A stretch of 64,000 nt of DNA from Octopus vulgaris (GCA_951406725.2 OX597816.1:87606001-87670000), one strand, 5' to 3'. Positions 51,293 to 64,000 are shown, counted from the first letter of the stretch. Notes: generated from the sequence alone by a model not told the origin. Numbers and translations: made by a program.

Positions 51293-51454
51293 ATGGGAGA
51301 GAGAGAGAGGTGTAGGGAGGGAGAAGTAGAGAAGGATCACATGGAAGACTAGTTGTTTATAGGAGAGAAATGCTAGAGAGTGAGGAGTAAAAAACTAGTT
51401 CATAGTAAATGTTTTGAAGGGAAGAGGAGAAACAGTGTTTTCCAGACAGAGAGA

Positions 51455-51509
<55 letters not shown>

Positions 51510-51769
51510 AGAAATCTTCCTGGTGACTGGTGGTGACTGCATACTGTTAACTGTCTTCTATTATTCCAGCTATTTATGCATAGCACAAACACCACCAGCA
51601 CATCCCCCAACACCACAATGCTAGTCCTGTGCAGACCAGGCCAGACCAGACTAGACCAGTCCACTTGCAGTCCAGTTTGCTTGCTCCTTGGTTTATTTTT
51701 AAGTCTTGTACAAAGACAGGTACACAGACAGAAAGAAGACGTTTAAGGTAAACCAAGCAGGCAGTCAGC

Positions 51770-51980
51770 CGGACAAGCAGGTAAGTAGGTGGACAGATAG
51801 ACTGATGTGTAGATAGATATATATATATATATGTAGGTAGATTGATATATATATATATATATAGGTAGATTGGTAATTGTTGCTGGATAGATAAGGACAT
51901 GGACAGGTAGATGGATATATAGGTATTTTGATAATTGATGCATAGTTAAGGACATGGACAGATAAATAAATAGATTGATG

Positions 51981-52023
<43 letters not shown>

Positions 52024-52400
52024 GTTTGTTGTCTACACCACCTGTCTTCATCTTTTGTTTGTTTTTGTGATAGATTGATAGTTGGTGCTGGACAGGTAAG
52101 GACATGGACAGATAGACAAATAAACTGATGCATAGGTAGATTGATAATTGGCACTGGATAGATAGGTAGACAGAGACAGGGAGATTGGTGACTGGTTGAC
52201 ATGTAGATAGACAGACAGGTAAATAGATAGAATAATAGACAGGTAAGAAGATAGATAAACAGAGAGAAGTATAAATAACTTAGGCATGTAAATAGGTTGG
52301 TAGATTGAGAGAAGTGGAGCAACTGATGAACACATCAGATAGGTAAATAAGTAGGTAGATTGAAAGACAATGGATGGTGTATAGCTTGGTGTCTGATAGA
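51770..52400. repeat. Degenerate (GATA/GGTA/GACA)n tract with recurring aaggacatggacag
   Basis: The motif occurs at ~51893, ~51948 and ~52098. Confidence 0.75.
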
Positions 52401-53944
52401 TAGATATAAGGGCGGAGATTAGAGATTTAAACCCTTAAGTGAAGGGGTACAGGGCATTTACAGACAGTTGACAAATAGATAGCTGCATAGGTAGACACTT
52501 GATGTGCTAGAAAAAAGGGTTATGAGAGATGCACTTGTAAAAATTACGTGCAAACCTACACACACACACACACACACACACACATGGTCAAGAATTGATT
52601 ACATGTTGTCTCTTCCCTGTCTTTCCCCCTCTATTTCTTTTCTTTCCCTCTCTCTCCCTCTCCCTCTCTTATTGCCATTGATTCATTACATGGACTGCCT
52701 ATTTTTTTTACAGCCATTCAGTATCTTACTTCTCATCTACATCTCATAGAGAGCCTGTCTTTGGTTCAGCGATGAGACACTAAACAACAACAGCAACAGT
52801 TTTAGGATTGATTAAATTGGCTGAACCAGGCTCACTCTCACTTTAAGTCTGGGTCAAACTATCTTCATCATGCTGGGATTTGTAGTACAATATCTGACAC
52901 CTTGAGATTTAAGGTGGGGGTGGGGAGGGAAGAAGAAAAAAATGAAAAAAGGTTAATACCTATATCTTTAAAAATCATGGTGAATGTTTTTCTTTTAGCT
53001 GGGGGCCTTTCAATTGTTGCTAAGAAAGCCAGTCATTTTCACATCTCATTGTTGTGAAAATGTGAATAACATTTATTCTCTTCAGCTAAAATTCATATTT
53101 CGGTGCTTTGACATTATGGTGCTCCCTGTGGTGCAGTTAAAGCAAACCTTAAAATCATTTCTGCATTCATTATACTGTCGATTTTTTTTCATGCTGTCAT
53201 GGTTTGAAAAGAAGTGATTTTGAGGCAAGATTTTATGACCTGGATGCTCTTCCCATCACCAACACCTACATTTTTTTCAAGTAAAAGATTGTTACATTCT
53301 ACAAGGCTTTGAAAGTGGTAGAGTAACTGGTTGTAATGTCAAACAGAAACAAAAGCATCATCACCTTTGCTTTCAAACAGTGACAAATACAATATCTGCA
53401 TCCATGCCCATTTGCATGTGCATACACACATGCACAACAGACTACTACAGATTCTTGCCTACTAAACTCATTAACAGGGCATTGGTCAACTCAGGGCTAT
53501 AGCAGAAAACACTTGCCCAAGGTGTCATGCAGTGAGGATGAATCTAAAACCATGTGTTTGGGAAGCAAACTTTTTACCATGTAGTCACATCTGCACCTAG
53601 TGTGTGTGTGTGTGTAAACTTAAGTCCAAGCTTCGTTATCATGGGAAAATGTATGCTAAAAGCAAATGAACAAATGTATCATCATTTATCATTTAACAAC
53701 TGTTTTCCATGCTAGCATGGGTTGGACAGTTTGACCGAAAACTGGTAAGCTGGAGATCTGTACCAGGTTTCAATCTGATTTGGCATAATTTCTACAGTAG
53801 AATGCCCTTCCTAACACCAACCACTCCAAGAGTGTAGTGGGTGCTTTTTACGTACCAATGGCATGGGTGCCAGTTACGAAACACCAGCATTGGCCATGAC
53901 TGCAATCTCACTTGGCTTGACAGGTCTTCTTAAACATGGTATTT

Positions 53945-54340
53945 TCTTTTCTACTCTAGGCACAAAGCCCAACGTTTTGTGGGAGGGGCCCAGTCAATTA
54001 CATCAATCCCAGTACACAATTGGTACTTAATTTTATCAACCCCAAAAGGATGAAATGCAATATCGATCTCGGCAGAATTTGAACTCAGAACATAAAGACA
54101 GACGAAATACTGCTAAGCATTTCACCTGGCATGCTAATGTTTCTTATTTCTTTATTGCCCACAAGGGGCTAAACATAGAGGGAACAAACAAAGACAGACA
54201 AACAGATTAAGTCGATTACATCGACTGACCCCAAAAGGATGAAATGCAAAATCAACCTCGGCGGAATTTGATCTCAGAACGTAATGCCAGACGAAATACC
54301 ACTAAGCATTGCACCTGGCATCCTAACGTTTCTGTCACCT
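53945..54340 (-). mobile_element. Two nested SINE family A copies interrupting an RTE 3' UTR fragment
   Basis: RTE pieces at 53680-53940 and 54345-54470 flank the SINEs; catggtat is duplicated at both junctions. Confidence 0.82.
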
Positions 54341-54761
54341 TAAAAAGCATGGTATATTGCTAAAGGTATCAGTCACTTGTCACTGCCTCCATGAGGCCCA
54401 AAGACCGAAATGTGCTTTTTATGTGCCACCAGTATGGGTGCCTGTTACACGATACTGGGATTGGCCACAGGCACTAGTAGAATTATAGAATTTTAATGGA
54501 TGAATCACAGTTCAACACAAGTATCTGTTCATTTATATGTCATATATAGATCAAACCGATTTCTCCGTTGCAAGCAGTTTAATAACAGAGTGTTCAAAGC
54601 GGCATTGAGCTCGCTGGTACACACTTTTGGGGGTTTGTTTATTAAACATAGAGTTTGATAAAATGCATGCAAGCAACATCCTAAGAAGAAGCTGATTCAT
54701 TCAAATGTTACTCCTAGTTTTTGCAACTGTGTACTGTACTTTCCTGCCCTTTGGTTTACAG

Positions 54762-54844
54762 TGCTCTTGCTAGTTACAACTCTGAGCAGTACATGTCATT
54801 TGGTACCCCTAGACCACTTGTGGGAGTGGAGCAGCAAGAGCGAA
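54762..54844 (+). other. Candidate spliced exon (83 nt)
   Basis: Acceptor ctttcctgccctttggtttacag and consensus donor gaa|gtaagt; open frame ALASYNSEQYMSFGTPRPLVGVEQQER with no recognised homology. Confidence 0.28.
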
Positions 54845-55542
54845 GTAAGTCCCTTTGTCTACGAAGCTTGCTATGATGTCAGAGGCAGAATATGACCCAC
54901 CAAGCCTTTGTTTGAGGCTTCCATTTAGTTCACATCTGCCAAGCTTTGTAAGGAGGTGGTGGTCGTGGGTTTTGCGATTGAAGCAAATAACATTAAAACA
55001 AAGCCAAAATAAAATAAAATACAGAACGCAATACAAATGTTATAATAATGTAAAATGTTTTGCAGGTGTTTTATAATGCATGCTGCACTACAACACTGCA
55101 TGCTGCACTACAACACTGCATTTGTGCAATGTAGTGGCAGCAGCACTATTGACTCGATTTTCAGATGTGCATATGGAGGGGAAGACTGGTTCTTTGTGTG
55201 TGTGTGTGTGTGTTATATATACATACACACACACACACACAATGTATGGATGTTCTGCAGCTGCCAAGTGGAACATGGCTTATTATGTCACCTGCCATTG
55301 CCTGTCTTTTGTTCTCATGGGAACAATCAGATGGAAGTGGATATGGTGTTGGGGTGTGTGTGTGTGCATGTTTCTCATGCTTTTTGAATGATGATAATAC
55401 TGATTATTATGACAGTTAGGGGTGGATGATGACAACGTTGTTGTTGTTGTTAGGTCCTTGGTCAGCTCTGATTCAGCGGACCTAATCGAATCTGTTCCAG
55501 CTTCCAGTTACAACCAATCTATCTTTTATTTTTCTTGACTTA

Positions 55543-55930
55543 CAGGTGCAGGCTTAGCTGTGTGGTAAGAAGCTTGCTTCCCAACCACCTGGTTCTGGGT
55601 TGAGTCCAATTGCATGACACCTTGGTCAGGTGTCTTCTTTTATAACTCCAGACTGACCAAAGAGTTGTGAGTGGATTTGGTGGACAGAAACTGAAAGAAG
55701 CCTGTTGTATATATGAGTGTATCTATATAGCTAAGTGTGTCTGTGTGTGTTTGTCCCCCAACATTGCTTAATAACTGGTGTTGTTTTTTTTTGTCTCGTA
55801 ACTTAAGTCTTTCCACAAAAACGAATGATAAAAAAAATAAGCATTGCAGTTGATTTGTTCAATCAAACCCTTCAAAGCAGTACTCCAGCATGGCCACTGT
55901 CCAATGGTTGAAACAATCAAAAAGATAAAA
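55543..55930 (+). mobile_element. Full-length, decayed SINE family B
   Basis: Collinear with 62507-62870. Confidence 0.88.
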
Positions 55931-56002
55931 ATAATGTCGAGACACACATCAGAGGTTCACTTGTGATATACTTTTATGTCTTGAAAGAGTTATTACACCA
56001 AC

Positions 56003-56041
<39 letters not shown>

Positions 56042-56293
56042 CAGTTTTACTTCTTTGTTATTGTCTATCAGTAAAGAAATGGAATTGAACCTGTGTATGT
56101 GTTATTATCATCATTATTATTAATGTAATCATTTTTCCAAGACACAACAAAATTTGTTTTAACACATGATTTCATGTCAAGAACCTTGCAAATCAAATAG
56201 AAAACTCACTAGTGATAGTTTTACATCTTTAGATAGTTCCAGCTGCAGTGATAGTTCTCTTGGTGGCATTGTGAATCAAGAAGAAAGTAGGGG

Positions 56294-56526
56294 TAAGGCA
56301 GCAAGCTGGCAGAAATGTTAGCATGCCCGGCGAAATGCTTAGTCGTATTTCGTCTGCCGCTACGTTCTGAGTTCAAATTCCGCCACGGTCGACTTTGCCT
56401 TTCATCCTTTCGGGGTCGATAAATTAAGTACCAGTTACGCACTAGAGTCGATGTAATCAACTTAATCCGTTCGTCTGTCCTTGTTTGTCTCCTCTATGTT
56501 TAGCCCCTTGTAGGCAATAAAGAAAT
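56294..56526 (+). mobile_element. Young full-length SINE family A with 16-bp TSD
   Basis: TSD aagaagaaagtagggg at 56278-56293 and 56527-56542. Confidence 0.95.
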
Positions 56527-56542
56527 AAGAAGAAAGTAGGGG

Positions 56543-56760
56543 TTGTTTCACTCCAGGTCAGCTTTAACTGAGATCCTTTGGTCAAAGGCTTTCAAAGCTT
56601 TGACCATTTCATTCGTGCCTGCCACCACCCATCCTCTTTGTTTTTGCAGGCATTACCCATTGAAACCATTGCTTTGTTTATTCAAAACAGTAGGGTGTAA
56701 TCTGAGGCAAATTTGGCTGCTGTTTCTAGAAAGTCATGTGACCACATGGATGCTCCCTTA
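56543..56760 (+). mobile_element. Unclassified interspersed repeat family E
   Basis: ccaggtcagc..tga...gacct.tg.tcaaagg..ttcca....tgaccat ... gatttggctgctatttctag; decayed copies at ~5045-5230, 21640-21812, 28395-28570(-), 30330-30400, 43700-43836 and 55450-55530. Confidence 0.6.
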
Positions 56761-57257
56761 CTGGCCCTTAAATGTGTTTGTATGGTGGTGGTAATTAATG
56801 GATAATGATATTGGTAATGGTTGGTGTAATTTGGGGCAAATTTGACTGCTATTTCTAGAAAGTCATGTAACCACATGGATGCTCCCTTAGTGGCCCTTAA
56901 ATGTTTGTATTAGTGGTGGTGGTGATAGTAATTAATGGATAATGATATTGGTAATGGCTGGTGTAATTAAGGCATCAAGGTGTAATTTGAGGCAAAATTG
57001 GCTGCTATTTCTAAAATGTTGTGTGACCACATGGATGCTTCCTTATTGGCCCTTAAATGTGTTTGTAGTGGTGGTGGTGGTAGTGGTGGTAATGAGTGGA
57101 TAACGATATTGGTAATGGCTGGTGTAATTAAGACATTAAGGTGTAATTTGAGGCAAAATTGGCTGCTATTCCTAAAATGTTGTGTGACCAATGGATGCTC
57201 CCTTATTGACCCTTAAATGTGTTTACATAGGGAGTGGTGGAGATGGTGGTGGTAATG
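56694..57257 (+). repeat. Four-unit minisatellite (129-161 bp units)
   Basis: Units start with ggtgtaat.tg.ggcaaa at 56694, 56823, 56979 and 57140. Confidence 0.92.
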
Positions 57258-57947
57258 AACAAGGCCATGATATTACTGGTGGCTGATCAATGCCGTCGGT
57301 GTTAATAGTGCATATTATTAGATGTAGGTTGACTTGTGGTTGGATATGATGTCATACGGTTTCGTATGGTTTTGTTGGTGCTGTCGTTGGCGGTGGTTTT
57401 CTTGTTGGTGTTTGGTAATAGTTGTATGGTAAGGTTAATAATGTAGTTGTTAGTGGTGTTTGCGATGTTATTGGTGGTGGCAGTGGCAGTGGCGAGGAGA
57501 ATGGTGCTGGTTACATAACGCTTGCCATAATGCTTGTGGTGGTGATGGTGGTGGTGTTTTAATGAATGACGGCAGTGCTCATAGTGAAAGTGTTGTCGTT
57601 GTTGTTGTAGTGGTGGTGGTGGTGGTGGCGGTGGTAGTGTGGAATTGCGGTGATTTTTTATTGTTGTTGAATGGATGGCAATGGTAGCAATAGTACTAGC
57701 GGTGGTGGAGGAGGGGTCTGGTTCGGCGGGAGGTGGGGGGAGGTTGAGATATGGTTAGATTCTGTGTGAATAGAAATGGTAATTGAATTCACTGGAATGT
57801 TTTGACCTTTCTCCCCGAGTTTTAGGGTAGTGTGTGTGTGTGTGTGTGTGTGTGGTATATTGGCTAGTATGGTGTAGTGAGTTATAATAGGTATTATGAT
57901 ATATGAGTCTGTTATTTTCTGCATATGTATGTCTCCATCCGTGTGTG

Positions 57948-57992
<45 letters not shown>

Positions 57993-60900
57993 GTGTGTGT
58001 GTGATAGATTATGTTTTTGATATGTCGGTGTGGTGTGCACGAGTGTGTCAGTATTGTTGTGTCAGTGTTAGTACATGTGTGTATGTGTGTTCATGTGTGC
58101 GTTGCTGTTGTTAGCGTTGCTTGTGTATGTATCTGTCTCAGTGTTGCATGTGTATCTTTCTATGTGTGTGTGTTGGTTGGTAGGTAGGTAGGTATTGGAG
58201 TAGGGAAACGAGCAGGTAGGGTGGTTCATGGGAGATTTTTCATTCATACAGAAGTAGGTAACTTGTTCATACGCTAAGTGATGGAGATGATGATGATGAT
58301 GATAAAGATGATGATGATGATGATGATGACTATATTTATGGCATTGATGCAAGTCTGGGGAAGATGTATGATGGAGGTGATGATGATGATATGTATATAT
58401 ACATGTACAGATGTATTTATTTATTTATATCACAAAGAATGGACACATACTCATTTGTGTGTGTGTGTGTATATTATATATATATATATATATATACATA
58501 CATACATATACACAAACACATACTCATGTATTTGTGAGTATGATAATGTGTATATAAGTACATATCTAAAACACACATACATACATACATACATACATAC
58601 ATACATAAACACACACACATATATATATCATTTACGTGACATATATATAAATAACTGATGTAAAACAGGCAATTTTTCCCCTAACAGACAGGATTAAATT
58701 TTAATTTACTCAGCTAGAAAACGTGTTTAAGCTCTTTCCCTCGACTTTACAAGAACTCTTATACTTCATTGCAGTTATATATTCTAAATGTAGTACTGAA
58801 GTGAGGAGGGGGAGTAGCAACCAGTGAATAAAAGTGGTAGATGTTGAGGTGGGTGTATAAGAATAAGAACTCTGTGTTGCAGTGGTTAGTGTGCAGTTTT
58901 CTGCATATCGTGGGTTTGCCGTTTTCCAGATTCTGCAAGCAATTATTATTCGAATTATTCTCGATATGAAATCCAAGATTTTTCAGTGAAAATGTGATGT
59001 TGTGATTGCACACCTTTCATCATCATCATCGTCACTTCACATTTGTTTTTCCATGCTGGCATGGGTTAGATGGGTTGACAGGAGCTGTCCAGACTCCAAT
59101 TGTCTTTTGTGGCATGGTTTCGACTGGATACCCATCATGACACCAATCACTTTACAGAATGTGTTGGGTGTTTTTTATGTCACACCATCACAGGTGCATT
59201 TATACAGCATCTTCATGAGTGCACTTTATGTGGTAACTTCACAGGTGTTGGTGCCTTATAAAGTGCAAACCTGTATGTAAGGACAGCGGCAATTTTACTT
59301 GGCTTGACATGTCCCCCCAAGTACAGCAAATCACCACAACTCCTGGTCCCTTGTCATTTTCCTCAGTGAGGCCCAGCATTTGAAGATCTTTTTTCACCAC
59401 TTCATCCTACATCTTCCCAGGTTTACCCCTTGCATAGGTTCTCATCAGTACCGCAACATAGTTGGCACAGGTTTGGCTGTGTGGTCAAGAGGCTTGTTTC
59501 TCGACCACATGGTCTTGGGTGTGGTCCTACAGTGTGCCAACTTGGGCAAGTATATTCTACTATCAGCCCCAGTGTTCAGTTGGCATTTATTTCATCGACC
59601 CTGAAAGGGTGAAAGACAAAGTTGACCTTGGCAGAGTTTGAACTCGGAACATAAAGAGCCAAAAGAAATGCTACTAAGCATTTTGCCTGACATGCTAATG
59701 ATTCTGCCCGCTTGGTATCTTAGATGCTGCTATTACTACTACTACTACTACTATTTCTACTACTATTACTGGTGATGATGACGATGATGATGATTATAAT
59801 GATGGCAATAATTTCTGATTTAGGCAAAAGGTCAGCAATTTTGAGATTATGGGAGTAGTTGATATCATTAACCCCAGTATTTGCGAAGTACTTATTTTAT
59901 CAACCTTGGAGGGATGTAAGGCGAACTTGACCTCTGCAAGATTTGAACTCTAAACATAAAGAGCTTGAAGATTATGTAATTATTTCATCAACAATATATT
60001 ACTGGTATTTACCATCATCATCACCATTATTAATTTGCCATCTAAATACCTTAAAAGGCCATACTTTAGGTTGATTTTCTTTTTTGCCTATCATATCTCG
60101 AACTGACATCATTATTTTGTCTTTGAGGCCCATTGTTCTCAGATCTAGTCTCAATATGTCTTTTTTGATTTTCTCTTACATATGACACTTGCATGACACT
60201 TTTTTTCCATCTAGCAGGTGTCCTCAATTTTTTTCTTTTCATTCATCCATATTAAATGACACTCTTTTCTTCTCTTAGAGACATTTCAACCGATGCCATT
60301 AACACTCAACCGCATAATAAGCTTAGTTGTTTTCCACCTGCCATGCAGGTTAATTTCTGTTGTATATCCAGCAGATCATTCCCTATTTCTCCAATCTCTG
60401 TAGTTCTTGAATATTTAACAACCATGTCTTCATTACTCTGTAACATTTCTCTTCTTAACACTTCTTTTTCATTCATATATATATATATATATATATATAC
60501 ACCATATATAGTATAGCATCATATATTATCAACTGCTATTTCCAGTAAACATTGGTGCTTTGTTTTACTGGGAAGCAATACTACTGTATTGCACTATTTA
60601 ATATTTTCTTGGATCTTTTTGCTTTGACCGGCAGATTTTTTAAATAATTTCTTTGTAACTAAACACTTTTAAACTTTGTATACTGGTAGAATGTGTTACA
60701 TAAAACATCTTTTTCTCTTAGCTTTCTTGAGAAAATTCTGTAGTTTGTAAGCTATTTGTTGTTTAATTTCTTGCATTTTGGCAATTTCAACCAATCAATG
60801 ACGTCTATTGAGGTGAATACAATTTCTCCAGTTCTTTGTCATCAACATTTTCTGGCAGTGTCATATCAATTTGTCACTGTTATTTATGACATATTTCATA

Positions 60901-61172
60901 TCAGTTATGTTCGTATGAATAAAAGATTATCGTTATTAAACTTTTATTAATAAACACATATTCTAAGTTCACAGCATTGGTGTATAACCACATCTGATAG
61001 TCTAGTCAATACACACTCATGCACCTGCAGGCAGGTGTGACTGTGTGGTTGAGAAACTTGCTTTCCAGCCATGAGGTTTTTGGGTTTACTCCCACAGCCT
61101 GTTATGTGGGGAAGTTTTGTGAATGGGTCTCCGCAGTAAGAACAAAGCACTGCAAACTAACTTGAGATAATA

Positions 61173-61509
61173 CTGGGTGTCCCCAAAGTTACTGATGGGT
61201 TTCAATTTTTAATAACTTCCTTAACTTTACAAATAAATGCAGGAAATTTTAATACAATTTAAGAGACATAATGGAAATTAATATGCATAAGTCAAATTTG
61301 GCAGCGCTACTATATCACATATGACAAATAACATCATTTAAATGGCAGGCATTTTTGACTTCGCATGCTTATGCGCTTTCCAAAACTTGAACCATAACAC
61401 CTTCAAGAGTTTCAGACCCCACTTCTCTGATTTCTCTATTGATGTTCTCCTTCAGTTGCACCAGGGTCTCTGGTTTGTTGACATAAAGCCTTTCTTTTAG
61501 GACACCCTG
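61173..61509 (-). mobile_element. Internally deleted Tc1/mariner element retaining the transposase C-terminal remnant, TA TSD
   Basis: TA-ctgggtgtccccaaag ... cttttaggacaccctg-TA (13/16 TIR match). Minus strand 61509-61315 reads QGVLKERLYVNKPETLVQLKENINREIREVGSETLEGVMVQVLESA*ACEVKNACHLNDVICHM*, like the WGxLK..VY..KP.TL..LK..I..EI...GGH tail of Tc1/mariner transposases. Confidence 0.85.
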
Positions 61510-61546
61510 TACTTGTAGTCCTTCACCTGAAAGCTCTTGTTGTTGA

Positions 61547-61766
61547 CCGTTTAGCATTGAGATTATTCTATCAATTGCAATACTTATTTATTCACATTGT
61601 TTTGAATTAATCAGGCATTTCCTGGTTGCTTCGAGATTTTGAATATGGGATTGATTATTTTTAGAATAACTTTGTAGGGTAGGTGTGAGAGGCCAGATGT
61701 GGGTGATTTGGGATTAGAACAGATGGAATCTTTCGGCTGGCTATGGCCATTCTAAGTGCTAAAGGG
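61547..61766. mobile_element. piggyBac-like MITE, same family as 22143-22362
   Basis: ccgtttagcatt ... agtgctaaaggg; shared internal tttattcacatt and gggtaggtgtgaga. Confidence 0.72.
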
Positions 61767-62077
61767 TCTAGTGCCAAGTGTTTAACACTGAGACCAGATC
61801 TGTCTGACCCATGCCAGCTAAGGGCATGACAAAATGATGATGACAATGATAACGAATCATGCCTTTTTTTTTTTCTCACACTCTCTCACGAAATATTCCA
61901 ATGTGAATATTCTCAGACACACACATAAACACATATGTACAAGCACACACACACATCATGAGTGAAAAGACTTTGAAAAATAGTAGACATCATTCAGCTG
62001 TCAGTAGAATCAACCAAAAGACACAACAGTTCCAAATTTCTTCCTTCCTGTCTTGTTTGTATACTTATTTGTTTGTA

Positions 62078-62136
<59 letters not shown>

Positions 62137-62147
62137 GTGTGTCTGTT

Positions 62148-62194
<47 letters not shown>

Positions 62195-62506
62195 ATGTAT
62201 GTATATAAGTATATTTGTTTACTTTGTATACATACTGGTATGTATGTATGTCTATTTTTTAATGATCTTCTCTGTATATTTGTTATTATATGTATAAATG
62301 TATGTTTATCTGCTTGTGTATATGTAAGCATAGTATTACAGAGCATATAATGACTCCCCCACCCCTAGCAAGCCAAACACATTATGGCAGTTCAGTTCCT
62401 GGTTGTGCAAGTTTCACATGGCATTAACCTATGAGCCGTTGTCACTGAGGCTGACCAAAGCTTTGTTAGTAGATTCGGTGGGAAGAAACTGAAAGAAGCT
62501 TGCCAT

Positions 62507-62870
62507 AGGTGCAGGAGTGGCTGTGTGGTAAGTAGCTTGCTTACCAACCACATGGTTCCAGGTTCAGTCCCACTGCATGGCATCTTGGGCAAGTGTCTTC
62601 TATTATAACTTCGGGCCAACCAAAACCTTGTGAGTGGATTTGGTAGATGGAAAATGAAAGAGGCCTGTCATGTATAATATATGTGTCTCTGTTTGTCCCC
62701 CTAACATCCCTTGACAACCAATACTGGTGTGTTTACATCCCCGTAACTTAGCGGTTCAGCAAAAGACACCGATAGAATGAGTAGTAGGCTTACAAAGAAT
62801 AAGTGTGCTGCTTCAGCATGGCCGCAGTCAAATGACTGAAACAAGTAAAAGAATTAAAGAGTAAAAGAAT
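62507..62870 (+). mobile_element. Near full-length SINE family B
   Basis: Reverse complement of 30793-31206 with a small internal deletion; preceded by a fragment of an older copy (62440-62503). Confidence 0.92.
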
Positions 62871-64000
62871 ATGTGTTTGTATCCCCTTGTGTTGGTATCG
62901 CATAATAGTTTATAACTGAGTGCCTCTGTTATACAAATGGTGTGTATCATATGTTTCCAGTATTCTGTGAGAACATGCTTGGCCATGAGGGAACCATTAT
63001 CTCGCTTGGAAACAGGTGAGGGTTGGCAACAGGAAAAGTGTCTAACCTCAGAAAATCTGCCTCAGTAAACTTTACACACACATACACACACACACACACA
63101 CAACAGGCTTCTTTCAGTTTCTGTTTTCCAAATCGACTCACAAGGTCTTATTGAAACTGGTGCTATTATAGAGTCACTTGCCAGAGGTACCATACAGTGG
63201 GGCTAAATCTGAAACCATGTCTTTGAGAAGTAAGCTTCTTACCACACTGCCATGCCTGCTTCACGTTCAATTATTACATAAGAATCCAAGCATCACCCCA
63301 CATTTGTTCCATACAATTTCTTTCTCCTTCTGTCTCTATTTCATCTTTTCTACTCTTAAGCACAAGGCCCAAAATTTTGCGGGAGGGAACCGGTCGATTA
63401 GATCGCCTACAGTATGCAACTGGCACTTAAATTTATCGACCCCAAAAGTAAGGAAGGCAAAGTCGACCTCGGCAGTATTTGAACTCAGAACATAAAGACA
63501 GAAGAAACACTGCTAAGCATTCTGTCCGGTGTGCTATTGTCTCTCTCTATCTCATATTACCTTTTAGTTATGACCTCAATTAAACCTAATGATTCCCAAA
63601 TATCAATAAGAGTATTAACCTTGGTTTTGGAAGGCCTTTGAAGGCCAGGATACAAGCCAACCCCCCTGAGATTAAAACAAAAAAAAAAAAACTTGAATTA
63701 TAAAAGAATATGCCCTTGATGCTCCATCTTCTCTTCCCAAAACACATCCTAGATATAGTTATCCTCTCCCTAAACCCGGAGGGTGGCCTTGCTCCCATCT
63801 TAGAAAAAAAATAAAAATCAATAACCCTGGCGGTAATCTATTGATGTTTTATGAAGATGGTGGTGGTGGAGGTGGTTATTATTTTTGTTTGTTGGTTCCA
63901 AAGAATATGTAGAATTATCACAATGGTAGTAACTGTAGAAGTAGTAGTTTTAAAGGTGGTGGCTGTGAGGGTGGTGGTGGTGGTGGTGGTGGTGGTTGTA

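Noticed and set aside
50540-51352. Overlapping 197-266 aa ORFs on both strands
   Set aside because: Compound dinucleotide/tetranucleotide repeat lacking stop codons by composition.
51342-51363. tggaagactagt, matching the first 12 nt of miR-7
   Set aside because: The remainder diverges from miR-7 and no pre-miRNA hairpin with a star arm is evident.
55077-55145. 20-bp tandem duplication followed by a partial inverted copy (miRNA-like hairpin)
   Set aside because: The stem is too short and interrupted for a pre-miRNA; best explained as a local duplication.
60620-60950. Segment that looks like a DNA-transposon-derived repeat
   Set aside because: Single copy in the window with no TIR pair or TSD identified, so it cannot be supported from the sequence alone.

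Overview
Eukaryotic, AT-rich, repeat-dense non-coding DNA (intergenic or one large intron), most likely from an octopus (coleoid cephalopod). That assignment is recognition from memory of the SINE and RTE-LINE families and the extreme microsatellite load, not a database result. I can support no intact protein-coding gene, tRNA, rRNA or CRISPR array. Almost all long ORFs in the track are translations of microsatellites. Recognisable content: decayed RTE-clade LINEs with a PHD-like Cys/His insert and many 3'-tail fragments, at least three tRNA-derived SINE families, hAT, piggyBac-like and Tc1/mariner MITEs, a (TAA)n-associated retroelement, and minisatellites. The most notable items are: (i) four Penelope-type minimal hammerhead-ribozyme motifs, each in a fragment ending at a (TA)n tract, one within a ~2.1-kb CpG-rich unit; (ii) a 105-bp near-perfect foldback whose loop is an RTE 3' tail and whose three mismatches are all A:C; (iii) several template-switch or re-initiation scars; and (iv) a few weak plus-strand exon candidates. 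Repeat boundaries were set by eye and are approximate unless a TSD or TIR is quoted.
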